Source: a candidate division WWE3 bacterium RIFCSPHIGHO2_02_FULL_38_14 (GTDB taxonomy: Bacteria > Patescibacteriota > WWE3 > UBA101185 > UBA10185). From it: a stretch of 64,000 nucleotides of DNA. The DNA lies in the NCBI GenBank assembly GCA_001772865.1, contig MEVD01000014.1, forward strand, positions 2,214 through 66,213. Direction: 5' to 3'. This document shows, one piece after another, positions 8,963 through 18,393 of the stretch. The notes under the pieces are model-generated. The model ran no database searches. It was not told the DNA's origin and was given only the letters and a program-made list of their open reading frames with translations. The position numbers and the translations under genes were made by a program. Numbering within the stretch: the stretch's first letter is position 1; every line of letters starts with the position of its first letter.

Positions 8963-9988
8963 CTACTTTACTAAGAAATTAAATCTTTCGTTAAATACCG
9001 GGATTGTTTTAAAGTTAGTGCCTGACAAGATATCCATATCAAAGTATGAAGCTCTTTGCTTGTTTATATTCCATTGAGTAGGTGACATTATTCGCTCAAA
9101 ATACTTCTCACCATCTTTTTCAATTACACCTATTCCGGCCCAAAATTTAGCTTTCGAAACACTAGTGGAACCGATGTCAATCGCGTTTGATATTTTATTC
9201 GAGAATAAAACTATCTTGTCCGCCCCCCGGACAAATTCTTTTCGTTTGGTGAGTTTAAGATACCCTTCGCTTATATACATCAATTCTTCAATCAATTTCA
9301 CGAATTTATCTGTCGGAGTATTTGAATAATCAACTTTACCAATTCGGTTAAAATTAAACTCGAAACCGATATTTCTCAGTTTTTCTTTTCTTTCTGTACT
9401 TAAACCATCACTTTTCAATCTAGAAACTATTTTATCTAATTCCACTTCATATTCTGATAAAGATTTATAAATATCAGGGTATATTTGAATTAATTCCATC
9501 TTTAAATTAGCTGGAAAATGCTTTTTATATTCCTCTATTAAGGATTTGAAAGAATTAATGTATGAATCCAATGCTGCTCGGGGATAATTGTCTATTTTTT
9601 CAATAACAACATCATCAGAAGAAAAATAAAACTCGACTCCGGGTTGATAAGAATTAAAAATAGGCGCTACATAGCGTAATACATATGAAATTACCATAAA
9701 CTCTGCCCAATCAACTTCCGGATAACTGGGAACACGCCATATCTTGTATCCGCCAAAGGGATAAGTAAATTTAATGGGTGAATTACTCTCAACATTTAAT
9801 TTGATTGCATTCCTTACTTGCTTTTCAGACTCAGGATCAACTGAAGTTTTACGAAATTTTGTGGAAGTTAGTTTCTTATATATAAATTCCTGTATACCTT
9901 CATACTTAATGGTTTTGCTTTCCTCTTCGGATAACTGATATCCGCTGGGATTTTGCAGTCTTGATATTAAAAATTCTTTTAGAGACAT
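8963..9988 (-). CDS. Hypothetical protein, remote PvcA/IsnA/DIT1 (isonitrile synthase)-like
   Basis: PIKFTYPFGGYK...VDWAE...IFNSYQPGVEFYFSSDD parallels, in order and spacing, the recalled PvcA motifs PIEFVLPAFPAK...PDMAE...Y.PGA.I...SDG. Confidence 0.5.
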   Translation of the reverse strand: MSLKEFLISRLQNPSGYQLSEEESKTIKYEGIQEFIYKKLTSTKFRKTSVDPESEKQVRNAIKLNVESNSPIKFTYPFGGYKIWRVPSYPEVDWAEFMVISYVLRYVAPIFNSYQPGVEFYFSSDDVVIEKIDNYPRAALDSYINSFKSLIEEYKKHFPANLKMELIQIYPDIYKSLSEYEVELDKIVSRLKSDGLSTERKEKLRNIGFEFNFNRIGKVDYSNTPTDKFVKLIEELMYISEGYLKLTKRKEFVRGADKIVLFSNKISNAIDIGSTSVSKAKFWAGIGVIEKDGEKYFERIMSPTQWNINKQRASYFDMDILSGTNFKTIPVFNERFNFLVK

Positions 9989-9993
9989 ATTTA

Positions 9994-10064
9994 TGGGGTA
10001 GAGGGAAGGATTTTACCTTCGTCTTTTCCACACAAGGAAGCATTTTGATCAAACTACCTCTACC
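9994..10064 (-). ncRNA. Non-canonical 71-nt tRNA-His-like cloverleaf with encoded CCA
   Basis: Minus strand reads GGTAGAGG TA GTTT-GATCA-AAAT G CTTCC-TTGTGT-GGAAA AGAC GAAGG-TAAAAT-CCTTC CCTCTACC CCA: perfect 8-bp acceptor stem, GTG in the anticodon-equivalent loop, all loops shortened. Confidence 0.7.
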
Positions 10065-10187
10065 AAATATCAATCTTATTATATTCCAAATAAAACATTT
10101 GCATAATTGTATAATATTCCCACATCCTAACAGACAGCCCGACAAAAACTATTGTCATAATATGTTTTAACATTTACAATTACCTAT

Positions 10188-11615
10188 ATGATACGACGAC
10201 CGTATTTGACCTATATCATTATTTGTACATATCTTCTAAGTACCTTTTTTATACAAAATAAAGTCTCCGCCGCGGAAAACTTAATACCCAACCCTTCATT
10301 TGAAACTCAAGGAACGAATAACAACCCCCTGAATTGGAACAAAAGCGGCTACGGAACAAATACTAGAGTTTTTACATACCCAGTTACTGGTCAAAACGGT
10401 GGAAAAGCCATTCAGATTGAAATAAAGAGTTTTTCGAGCGGTGACGCCAGATGGCATTTTAACGAAATCAATGTTTCTGGAGGTGAGAAGTATGTATATT
10501 CACAAGTATATAAATCAAATGCCACCAGCGGATTAACCATTCGTTATCAGAAAGAAGGAAGCAGTAGATATTATTATGCATGGATCGCCAATCCGGGCGC
10601 CTCCAGCGATTGGAAAACCTTTACAAAAGAATTTACGATGCCCTCCGGTGCTAAAAAAATGACAATATTTATTTTACTCTCAAGAGTTGGTAAATTAACT
10701 TTGGATTCAACATCTTTAACTAAAGTATCAACAACCCCGACGCCTACGCCTACACCGACTCCAACTCCCACACCTACACCCACTCCAACGCCTATCCCAA
10801 CTCCAACACCGACTCCAACCCCTACACCTACTCCAACGCCAACTCCTACCTCTACCCCAACACCTACACCCACTCCAACGCCAACCCCCACTCCAACACT
10901 TACCCCAACTCCAACCCCCACTCCTACACCTACTCCTACTCCTGTTCCAGATGAACCGGTAGGTATGGTATCACTGGATTTTGATGATGGGTGGTCTTCT
11001 ATTTACGACAATGGCATACCAATATTGAACGCAGCCGGGTTCAAGAGCACCCAATATATATATACCGACCCTTATATTAATGAATGGGAAGACTTTATGA
11101 CCCTTCAACAGCTTCTGGAACTCAAAAATCAGGGGCACGAAATAGGAGGTCATTCAAAATCACATGCACACTTAACTAACGTGAGTTCTTCTAGACTTCT
11201 TACCGAAGTTTCAGGATCACGAACAACTTTGATCAACTCTGGCCTTGGAGAAATAAGATCATTTGCCTATCCATTTGGGGAATACAACACCACTGTTATC
11301 AACGCTGTTAAAAACGCCGGTTATTCATACGCCAGGTCTGTTGACGACGAAGCATATAATGATAAAAACACCAGCCCTTATCTTTTAAAAACTAAAAATA
11401 TCGAAAAAAGTATTACATTCGCAACGGTTAAAAGCTGGATTGACGGCGCTGTCGCAAACAAAAAATGGCTGATAATAGTATTCCACGAAATATTAAACAA
11501 TGGGACACAATACAGCAGCACCCCGGCTGACTTACAAAAGATAGTTGATTATTTAAAAACAAACAATATTAAAGTAGTAACTGTTAGCGAGGGATATAAC
11601 ACAACATTTAACTAA
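10188..11615 (+). CDS. Secreted polysaccharide deacetylase (CE4/NodB) with N-terminal carbohydrate-binding-like domain and Pro-Thr linker
   Basis: Signal peptide; NLIPNPSFE (CBM4/9-like); [30 protein letters not shown]4 motifs. Confidence 0.9.
   Translation: MIRRPYLTYIIICTYLLSTFFIQNKVSAAENLIPNPSFETQGTNNNPLNWNKSGYGTNTRVFTYPVTGQNGGKAIQIEIKSFSSGDARWHFNEINVSGGEKYVYSQVYKSNATSGLTIRYQKEGSSRYYYAWIANPGASSDWKTFTKEFTMPSGAKKMTIFILLSRVGKLTLDSTSLTKVSTTPTPTPTPTPTPTPTPTPTPIPTPTPTPTPTPTPTPTPTSTPTPTPTPTPTPTPTLTPTPTPTPTPTPTPVPDEPVGMVSLDFDDGWSSIYDNGIPILNAAGFKSTQYIYTDPYINEWEDFMTLQQLLELKNQGHEIGGHSKSHAHLTNVSSSRLLTEVSGSRTTLINSGLGEIRSFAYPFGEYNTTVINAVKNAGYSYARSVDDEAYNDKNTSPYLLKTKNIEKSITFATVKSWIDGAVANKKWLIIVFHEILNNGTQYSSTPADLQKIVDYLKTNNIKVVTVSEGYNTTFN
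10731..10943 (+). repeat. (Pro-Thr)n linker of about 35 dipeptides, codon-degenerate 6-bp repeat
   Basis: ACN-CCN tandem array within the deacetylase ORF. Confidence 0.95.
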
Positions 11616-11650
11616 ATAATCTGATAAAATAAAGAAACACCCCCACTATT

Positions 11651-13447
11651 ATGCCGCAGGAAAAAACTGATTTTTCCAATTCTAAAACTGCTCATCAGTG
11701 GCTTAAAATAGGCAAAAAACGAAGAGCCGGAGTATTAGTTCCTTTATTTTCAATCTATAGTCAAAATTCCGTTGGAATAGGGGAGATTCCTGACATAAAG
11801 CTACTAGTGGATTGGTGCACAAAAGTAAATATCAGTATTATTCAGCTTTTACCTTTGAATGACACTGGTTACAATTTTTCTCCTTATGACGCTGAAAGTT
11901 CATATGCGCTCGACCCAATGTACCTCAGTCTTTCAAATATATACGGACTCGAAACTAATAATTTTAAAAATGAAATTGATAAACTCAGGAGAAAATTCAA
12001 TATAAAAAACAATCGCGTAAATTACGAAATTAAACACGAAAAACTAAAATTATTGAAAAAAATGTTTGACTCAACCTATGAAATGCCGTCTGAATTTGAG
12101 GAATACAAAGAAAAAAATAAATATTGGCTAAGAGACTATGCTATTTATAAAACAATAAAGGATAAATTTAAACAGAATTCATGGGAAAAATGGGCAGATC
12201 CATACAAGAATCTTGACAATAATACTTCAACTCAGTTAATAAAAACCGAATACAGAACTGTAGTATTTTATGAATGGCTTCAATGGCAGCTGTACATTCA
12301 GATGACCGATTTAAAAGAATATGCAGACGAACAAGATGTCTTTATTATGGGAGATCTGCCTCTACTGGTCTCTAAAGACAGCGCAGACGTTTGGTCTAAA
12401 AAGGAATATTACATATTAGATAAATGTACAGGAACACCGCTGGATTTTGAATACATAAAAGGTCAGAGGTGGGGAATGCCGCCGTATAATTGGGTAAAAC
12501 TGGAAAATCGGGATTTTAATCACATTAAAGAAAGGCTTAAATACGCGGAAAACTTTTATGATATTTACCGGATAGACCATTTTATGGGCTTATTTAGATT
12601 ATGGGTAATAGATAATAAGTCACCAATAGAATTAGGTGGCTTTGAAGGTAAATACATTCCCGAAAACCCCGAGTTGTGGGAAACGCAAGGACTAAATATT
12701 TTAAATAAAATGCTTGAATCAACAAGCATGCTTCCATGCGGTGAAAATCTCGGCGATGTGCCTGAATGTGCAAATAATGTTTTAAATAACTATTTAATTC
12801 CCGGATTAGAAATTCAAAGATGGACATTCAAACATATAGCAAATAAATATAATAATATTTCAATGCTATCAACACACGATACTTCCACATTTATCGATTG
12901 GTGGGGAAATGAATGCGGAACAATTAACTCCGATTTTATAAAAAAACTTTGTGACGAAAATGAACTAAGTTATAAATCGACCATTAACAAATTATTTGAT
13001 ATTAATAATTCAGCCGGAAAAAGACTGGGATGGAAAGAAAATATAAATACAAAAGAAAAAATGCTAAAAACACTAAACCTGCCTTTCGAAAAATCTGGAG
13101 GATTTGAATATGCTTATTTAAATTCTTATGGCGAAAAACAGAAATTTCTGGAGTTTTTACAATTCAAAGAATTACCTGAAAAAAATGCTTCAAAAACATT
13201 ATTATTTAACGCATTAAAGAAATCACTTGATTCTAATACTATCTTTTCTATCCAATTAATTCTGGACTGGCTGGAATTAGGCGATATTTTCAATAATATA
13301 AAAAAATCAGAACCGAGAATTAATATTCCTGGAACCATTTCCGGAAACAACTGGACTTTTGCTATCCCGGTTCCTTTAGAAAAGTTTTTAGACATGACGG
13401 TAAACAAAACTATTATAGACCTCAACCGTTCTGCACACCGCACATAA
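11651..13447 (+). CDS. malQ: 4-alpha-glucanotransferase (GH77 amylomaltase)
   Basis: QLLPLND..SPY..SS.AL, MGDLP..V..DSADVW, GQRWGMPPYNW, RIDHFMG, STHD, NIPGT..NW. Confidence 0.92.
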   Translation: MPQEKTDFSNSKTAHQWLKIGKKRRAGVLVPLFSIYSQNSVGIGEIPDIKLLVDWCTKVNISIIQLLPLNDTGYNFSPYDAESSYALDPMYLSLSNIYGLETNNFKNEIDKLRRKFNIKNNRVNYEIKHEKLKLLKKMFDSTYEMPSEFEEYKEKNKYWLRDYAIYKTIKDKFKQNSWEKWADPYKNLDNNTSTQLIKTEYRTVVFYEWLQWQLYIQMTDLKEYADEQDVFIMGDLPLLVSKDSADVWSKKEYYILDKCTGTPLDFEYIKGQRWGMPPYNWVKLENRDFNHIKERLKYAENFYDIYRIDHFMGLFRLWVIDNKSPIELGGFEGKYIPENPELWETQGLNILNKMLESTSMLPCGENLGDVPECANNVLNNYLIPGLEIQRWTFKHIANKYNNISMLSTHDTSTFIDWWGNECGTINSDFIKKLCDENELSYKSTINKLFDINNSAGKRLGWKENINTKEKMLKTLNLPFEKSGGFEYAYLNSYGEKQKFLEFLQFKELPEKNASKTLLFNALKKSLDSNTIFSIQLILDWLELGDIFNNIKKSEPRINIPGTISGNNWTFAIPVPLEKFLDMTVNKTIIDLNRSAHRT

Positions 13448-13463
13448 CATAACCTATAAGCAT

Positions 13464-13492
13464 TTGCACTCTCAAATTTAGATTGGTATAAT
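13464..13492 (+). promoter_or_regulatory. Sigma70-type promoter
   Basis: TTGCAC-17 bp-TATAAT upstream of the ORF at 13552. Confidence 0.6.
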
Positions 13493-13551
13493 GCGGTCAC
13501 TTCTTAGGAAGTTTATATACTTCTGCCTCCCTGCCAAAAAACTAAAAATAT

Positions 13552-14556
13552 ATGACAAAATATCTAAAACCTATAATAGTGCTTGTTTTACTAGTAGTTG
13601 TTTCTTATCCCGCTAGCGTATATGCCTGGGAAAATGATGACCACTCTTCGGCTATTTGTGACGGTGAGTGGGCTAAAGTCAGGGTTACTTTTAAAAATTT
13701 GGAATCAAAAGCAATGAACGTTGTAGCATTTGACGAAAATACCGGAAAATCGGTTGATCTTGGACAAATTAATCCTGGCGAAACTAAAGTAGGAATAATT
13801 GATCTAGGAATCCATAATACTGAAGCCGGAAGGATAAGATTTGAAATGACCTGGTCATCAGGAGAAGAAGGCTCCGATATTGAATACTCAAGACATTCAG
13901 ATGAAATCTGCAAGAAGGATGAAGAAGAGGAAGATGAGGAAGAAGATCACGAGGATGAAAACGGCGGAGAAGAAGAGAATGGTGGGGAAGACGAAAACGG
14001 TAATGGGGATGAGGAAGGTGAAAACGGCGGGGGAGTAGGCGGTAAAGAAGAAGAAAAAATAAGCGAAGACAAAAAATCCGAGAATCTGGAAGTTAATAAA
14101 AAGGTAAGAATCGGCGATAACGATAAATACAGCTCAAAGGTTGTAGGCGTAGATCAGTCAGAAATAATTACCTTTTTGCTTGAATTAAAAAACACCGGAG
14201 AAAAAAACATTCAGGACATTAAAGTGGTAGATGATCTGCCGGAAGAATTTGAGTTAATTTCGGGTAAATTAGAAGATAAAGTCGGTGAAGTAAAAGACGG
14301 TGAGGCTAAAAACTTATTTATAGTAGTTAAAGTTAAAGACGGAGTTAATTTAGCTGGAAAATGTGTAATAAACAAAGTTGAAGCCAAATGGGATGATAAC
14401 AAAGAATCAGACGAAGCTACAGTTTGCTTTGAGGAAAAAGAACTTATCGAACTTCCCAAAACCGGCCCGGATGGAAACTTATTATCGGTTCTTGGCGCAT
14501 TATCACTTATAATGGGAACAACTATAAAGGTTTACACCGAAATTAAAAAAGGCTGA
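13552..14556 (+). CDS. Surface protein with acidic linker, DUF11-like domain and LPXTG-type C-terminal sorting signal
   Basis: Signal peptide; E/G/N-rich spacer; ITF.LELKNTG...V.DDLP..F (DUF11-like); ELPKTG followed by a hydrophobic stretch and a basic tail. Confidence 0.75.
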   Translation: MTKYLKPIIVLVLLVVVSYPASVYAWENDDHSSAICDGEWAKVRVTFKNLESKAMNVVAFDENTGKSVDLGQINPGETKVGIIDLGIHNTEAGRIRFEMTWSSGEEGSDIEYSRHSDEICKKDEEEEDEEEDHEDENGGEEENGGEDENGNGDEEGENGGGVGGKEEEKISEDKKSENLEVNKKVRIGDNDKYSSKVVGVDQSEIITFLLELKNTGEKNIQDIKVVDDLPEEFELISGKLEDKVGEVKDGEAKNLFIVVKVKDGVNLAGKCVINKVEAKWDDNKESDEATVCFEEKELIELPKTGPDGNLLSVLGALSLIMGTTIKVYTEIKKG

Positions 14557-15505
14557 TTAATAGTTTGTTCAATTCCTCATAATTTCTGCAATTCATAAAA
14601 TTTTCCCGGAGTTTAGCCGCTCCGGGAAAGTTATTTATATACACCTTAAAAAACTTTTTCATTATATTAAAGTTCTTTGAGTCTCTCCATACTTCTTTAA
14701 ACATATCCACATGTTTTCTCATAATAATTAACATTTCATTCATGTTATGCTCTTTATTGTTACTTTCCTTGCTAAATATCCATAAATCATTAAAAACACC
14801 CCTTCCGATCATAACTCCGTCCACACCGTAATTTTTTATTTTAATTTCGGCTTCCTGATACGATTTCACATCACCGTTACCGATTATCAGAGTGTTTGGC
14901 GAGAGGCTGTTACGCAAGTCTATTATTTTAAGGGATTCTTCCCAATGTGCGGGGGTTTTAGATAACTCTTTTGCCGTCCTCAGATGAACTGTCAATGCTT
15001 CCAGCCTGCATTGCAATACAAATGACAGCCAGGTTTCAGTTTCAATATTATTGAAACCAATCCTTGTTTTAATACTCAGTGGCAGATTCGGAGCGCCTTC
15101 TCTTGCAGCGTTCACTATCTCCGCAGTCAAAGCGTGGTTTTTCATCAAGGCTGCGCCGCATTTGTTTTTTACTACAGTCCTGTCGGGACATCCCATATTT
15201 ATATCTATACCGTCAAATCCTAATTCCTTAATCAATTGTGCGGTTTTAAAATAATTTATCGGATTGGACCCCCAAATTTGGGCTACAACCGGCCTTTGTC
15301 TTTCTGAATATTTAAGTCTTGTTATTTGTTTTTCTCTGCCTGCAGAGAATAAAGCGTCACAATTGGTGAACTCTGTAAAAAGAACGCTTGGCTTTCCGAC
15401 ATCACAGATAATTTCCCTGAACACATAATCGGTCACATCATCCATAGGGGCCAGAATCAATAAAGGTTGTTTTATGTTCTGCCAAAAATTCTTAATTTTA
15501 ATCAT
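14543..15505 (-). CDS. dus: tRNA-dihydrouridine synthase
   Basis: LAPMDDVTD, DINMGCP, SIKTRIG, H.RT, GNGDV, MIGRG; probable start at 15505. Confidence 0.93.
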   Translation of the reverse strand: MIKIKNFWQNIKQPLLILAPMDDVTDYVFREIICDVGKPSVLFTEFTNCDALFSAGREKQITRLKYSERQRPVVAQIWGSNPINYFKTAQLIKELGFDGIDINMGCPDRTVVKNKCGAALMKNHALTAEIVNAAREGAPNLPLSIKTRIGFNNIETETWLSFVLQCRLEALTVHLRTAKELSKTPAHWEESLKIIDLRNSLSPNTLIIGNGDVKSYQEAEIKIKNYGVDGVMIGRGVFNDLWIFSKESNNKEHNMNEMLIIMRKHVDMFKEVWRDSKNFNIMKKFFKVYINNFPGAAKLRENFMNCRNYEELNKLLISLF

Positions 15506-15600
15506 AGTGGGGGAATTATACAAAAAATCCAGATTAATAGAGCAGGATAGTTAGACGTTTATCAATCAGTATTTTGAGAACCAGTCTGCAAAGAGTAGCG

Positions 15601-16659
15601 TCAGTTTAATTGGGGTTCGGTTTTAGTTTCACTCTCCTGCAGGCTTGCGGGAATTTGAGCATTAATATAAGCCATTTCACAAAGCTTTAAAATAGTCTCT
15701 CCGTAATTAAACCCTTTTTTTTCGGCTGCTATAACAAAATCACTTTCAACTGTCATATCCGGATTGGCATTCACGTCCAAAATGTACGGAATATTATTTC
15801 TCACTCTCAAATCCATTCTTGCATAGCCTTCACACTTTGCCTCCTCATAACATTCAACTACTTCTTTTTTTATTCTCCTCAAAAGGGAAGGATCCATGTC
15901 TCCAGGCTCAATATATTCCGTTTTTTTAAATTCTTTTGAGTTTCTGTCCCATTTAGCTCCGAAGCTGAATATCTTCTCGTGATAATCATTAGTGAAATCA
16001 TAATTCAACGACATAAAAGGAAGTACTTCGGGTTTTTCGTAGCCCCAAAGTGAAATAAAGTACTCAGTTCCATTGATAAACTCTTCAACTATTAAACTTT
16101 GGTGAAATTTTTCAAAAAGCTGCTGCGCTCTAATAGCCAGCGCATTTGGTGTGTCAACAACCGATTCTTTAGTAACTCCATAGGAACAATGTTCATACGC
16201 GGGTTTTACAATACACGGAAAGATATGCCACTTATAAACATCCTTTAGTTTATCGAGAATTAAATATTTAGGCGTAGAAATTCCGCGTTCTGTAAGGAGT
16301 TTTTTAACTTTTACTTTATCCATTGAAAATTCCAACGATTCCGGTCCGTTCCCGGTGTATATATAGTTATATTTGTCAAGCAGCTTAGCAGCAACATCAA
16401 AATTATTATCAATTCCGTCCAATTCCTCGCACCAATTAAATACCACATAGTTCTCGGGATTGTGGCTTTTTAAAAAATTCTCAAGTTGAAATGATTTAGA
16501 AAACTCTTCAATTTGGAGTGCAAAGTTTTTTTCGGGTATTTGTTTCTTTAATAAATCGTATGAGAGATTAGTGCTTATTTTTTCATCTTCAGTCCATCCG
16601 TTCATAGCCACTGAAAGAACTAATATTTTTTTATCTTTTATTTTATTAAAATTGGGCAT
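15601..16659 (-). CDS. D-Ala-D-Ala ligase-like ATP-grasp enzyme (paralog 2)
   Basis: FNWCEE, YTG, MDK..K, FPCIVKPAYEHCSYG, EEFING.E, YARMD.R, LDVNANPD. Confidence 0.85.
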   Translation of the reverse strand: MPNFNKIKDKKILVLSVAMNGWTEDEKISTNLSYDLLKKQIPEKNFALQIEEFSKSFQLENFLKSHNPENYVVFNWCEELDGIDNNFDVAAKLLDKYNYIYTGNGPESLEFSMDKVKVKKLLTERGISTPKYLILDKLKDVYKWHIFPCIVKPAYEHCSYGVTKESVVDTPNALAIRAQQLFEKFHQSLIVEEFINGTEYFISLWGYEKPEVLPFMSLNYDFTNDYHEKIFSFGAKWDRNSKEFKKTEYIEPGDMDPSLLRRIKKEVVECYEEAKCEGYARMDLRVRNNIPYILDVNANPDMTVESDFVIAAEKKGFNYGETILKLCEMAYINAQIPASLQESETKTEPQLN

Positions 16660-16715
16660 TAGATTAATTAAATATTATTTTCACATTATGTCAATATCTT
16701 TTATGTTAATGCATG

Positions 16716-17765
16716 TTAATTGGAGTTGTAATAAAGTGGGTTTGTTTTAATTGAAGTGTATTGATATGACTCAACACGATCCAAAGCAATTTCACACAAT
16801 TTAATTATTACCCCGCCGTAATTCACTCCTGTATCCATAGCAGACTGTGCAAATCCGCCGTTTTCAGTAATGTCAGGATTGCTGTTTACGTCCAGAATAT
16901 AAGGATTTCCGTCTCTCATTCTTATATCTATACGTGCATAATCTTTACAGTTTAACACTCTGTATGTTCTAATAACCAACTTCTCAAGATTTTTTTTCAA
17001 CTTGAGATCTAAGTCACGTACAAAATAAGGTTGTGTTTTTTTATATGCATCCGAATCTAGAATCCATTTAGAATCATAGTTGCACAACCTGTCATGATAA
17101 TCCTCAAATTCTTTATAATCAATTGCACGAATAGGAAGAATTTCTAAATTATCATTCCCCCAAACTGCGATATTGAATTCTGTTCCGTCAATAAAATCTT
17201 CAACATATGCGGGGCCATTAAATGTTTCAATTACTTTTTTAACCTGCATTTCCAACTGTTCATGATTATCTACAACTGATTCTTTGGTAATCCCATAAGA
17301 ACTATGCTCTAAAGCAGGTTTTACTAATGCCGGAAAAACATTCCAATGATTTATCTTTTCATCTAATGATGTATAAACATTATATGCAGGGGTAGATAAT
17401 TTTTCTTTAATTAAAGTATTTTTTACTTTTATTTTATCAAGCGTAAACTGCAGATTTTCAGGATCATTTCCGGTATAGACAAATCCGATTTTCTCAAGCA
17501 GTTGCGGAGCTAAATGAAAGCTGTTTTTCATCCCGTCTAGCTCTTCACACCAGTTAAATACCACTGTGTTTGCAGGATCATGCTTTTTTAAATATCTCTC
17601 CAACTCCTTAGAAGTTGAAACAAAATAAGTTGTAACATTAATTCCTTTTTCTGATATTTGTTTTTCTAAAGTATTAACATTATCTAATCCATCTTTAGTT
17701 TCTTCTTCAGTCCAGCCTTCGCCTTCCATAGTATTGCATATAATTATAATCTCTTTATTAGTCAT
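16716..17765 (-). CDS. D-Ala-D-Ala ligase-like ATP-grasp enzyme (paralog 1)
   Basis: FNWCEELDG, YTGN, FPALVKPALEHSSYG, EDFIDG.EF, YARID.R, LDVNSNPD. Confidence 0.85.
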   Translation of the reverse strand: MTNKEIIIICNTMEGEGWTEEETKDGLDNVNTLEKQISEKGINVTTYFVSTSKELERYLKKHDPANTVVFNWCEELDGMKNSFHLAPQLLEKIGFVYTGNDPENLQFTLDKIKVKNTLIKEKLSTPAYNVYTSLDEKINHWNVFPALVKPALEHSSYGITKESVVDNHEQLEMQVKKVIETFNGPAYVEDFIDGTEFNIAVWGNDNLEILPIRAIDYKEFEDYHDRLCNYDSKWILDSDAYKKTQPYFVRDLDLKLKKNLEKLVIRTYRVLNCKDYARIDIRMRDGNPYILDVNSNPDITENGGFAQSAMDTGVNYGGVIIKLCEIALDRVESYQYTSIKTNPLYYNSN

Positions 17766-17817
17766 TATTTAATTAAATAATATTTAGAGAAAGTGTCAAT
17801 AGGCATTTAATTGGAGT

Positions 17818-18393
17818 TTAATAGAACTTATTAATATTCGTATTAATATTAGTTATATAAATTACTTTTTCATTTAATTGGTTTATTGATTTTAAAAGAC
17901 CTGCGCTTAATAATACTGAGATTATAATTACAGAAAGTAAAGATAGTAAGCCTGAAATTATATTTCTCTTTTTAACTACTACAGTAGAGCTAATCATATC
18001 ATGCCAACCCTGTTTTTTAGGAGTTTTAAATATCCAGAAAAACCCAAGACCTAAAAATGCAAAAGAGACGGATTTTGCTATATATTCGCGAAAAATGGCT
18101 TGTTTAAAAGTAAGTTTGCTGCCGTCTTCATTTTCTATTTTTATTCCGGATAAAAGTTTTCCGGGAGTACCGCCGAATTTGCTTACAAGATAAGAATATA
18201 AAAATATCAGTAATATTCCATGAATTACTAAAAGATAAATTATAAACAAGATTAAATTCGCGATAAAGTTTTCATCGTTACTTGAATTCAATAAAATAAT
18301 TAAAACCGATGCACCTAAAATAAATAACAAAAATATATCGAGTATAATCGCTAATAGTCTTCTGAAAAAGGAAGCGTATTTGTTATTTTCCAT
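17818..18393 (-). CDS. RDD family membrane protein
   Basis: YASFFRRLLA.ILD, G.TPGK...GIKI, KQGWHD.I..T.VV. Confidence 0.9.
   Translation of the reverse strand: MENNKYASFFRRLLAIILDIFLLFILGASVLIILLNSSNDENFIANLILFIIYLLVIHGILLIFLYSYLVSKFGGTPGKLLSGIKIENEDGSKLTFKQAIFREYIAKSVSFAFLGLGFFWIFKTPKKQGWHDMISSTVVVKKRNIISGLLSLLSVIIISVLLSAGLLKSINQLNEKVIYITNINTNINKFY

Noticed and set aside
10574-10921. Minus-strand (Gly-Val)n ORF
   Set aside because: Antisense shadow of the Pro-Thr linker of the deacetylase.
15524-15600. Spacer between the ATP-grasp gene and dus
   Set aside because: No convincing stem-loop, ORF or known RNA motif.
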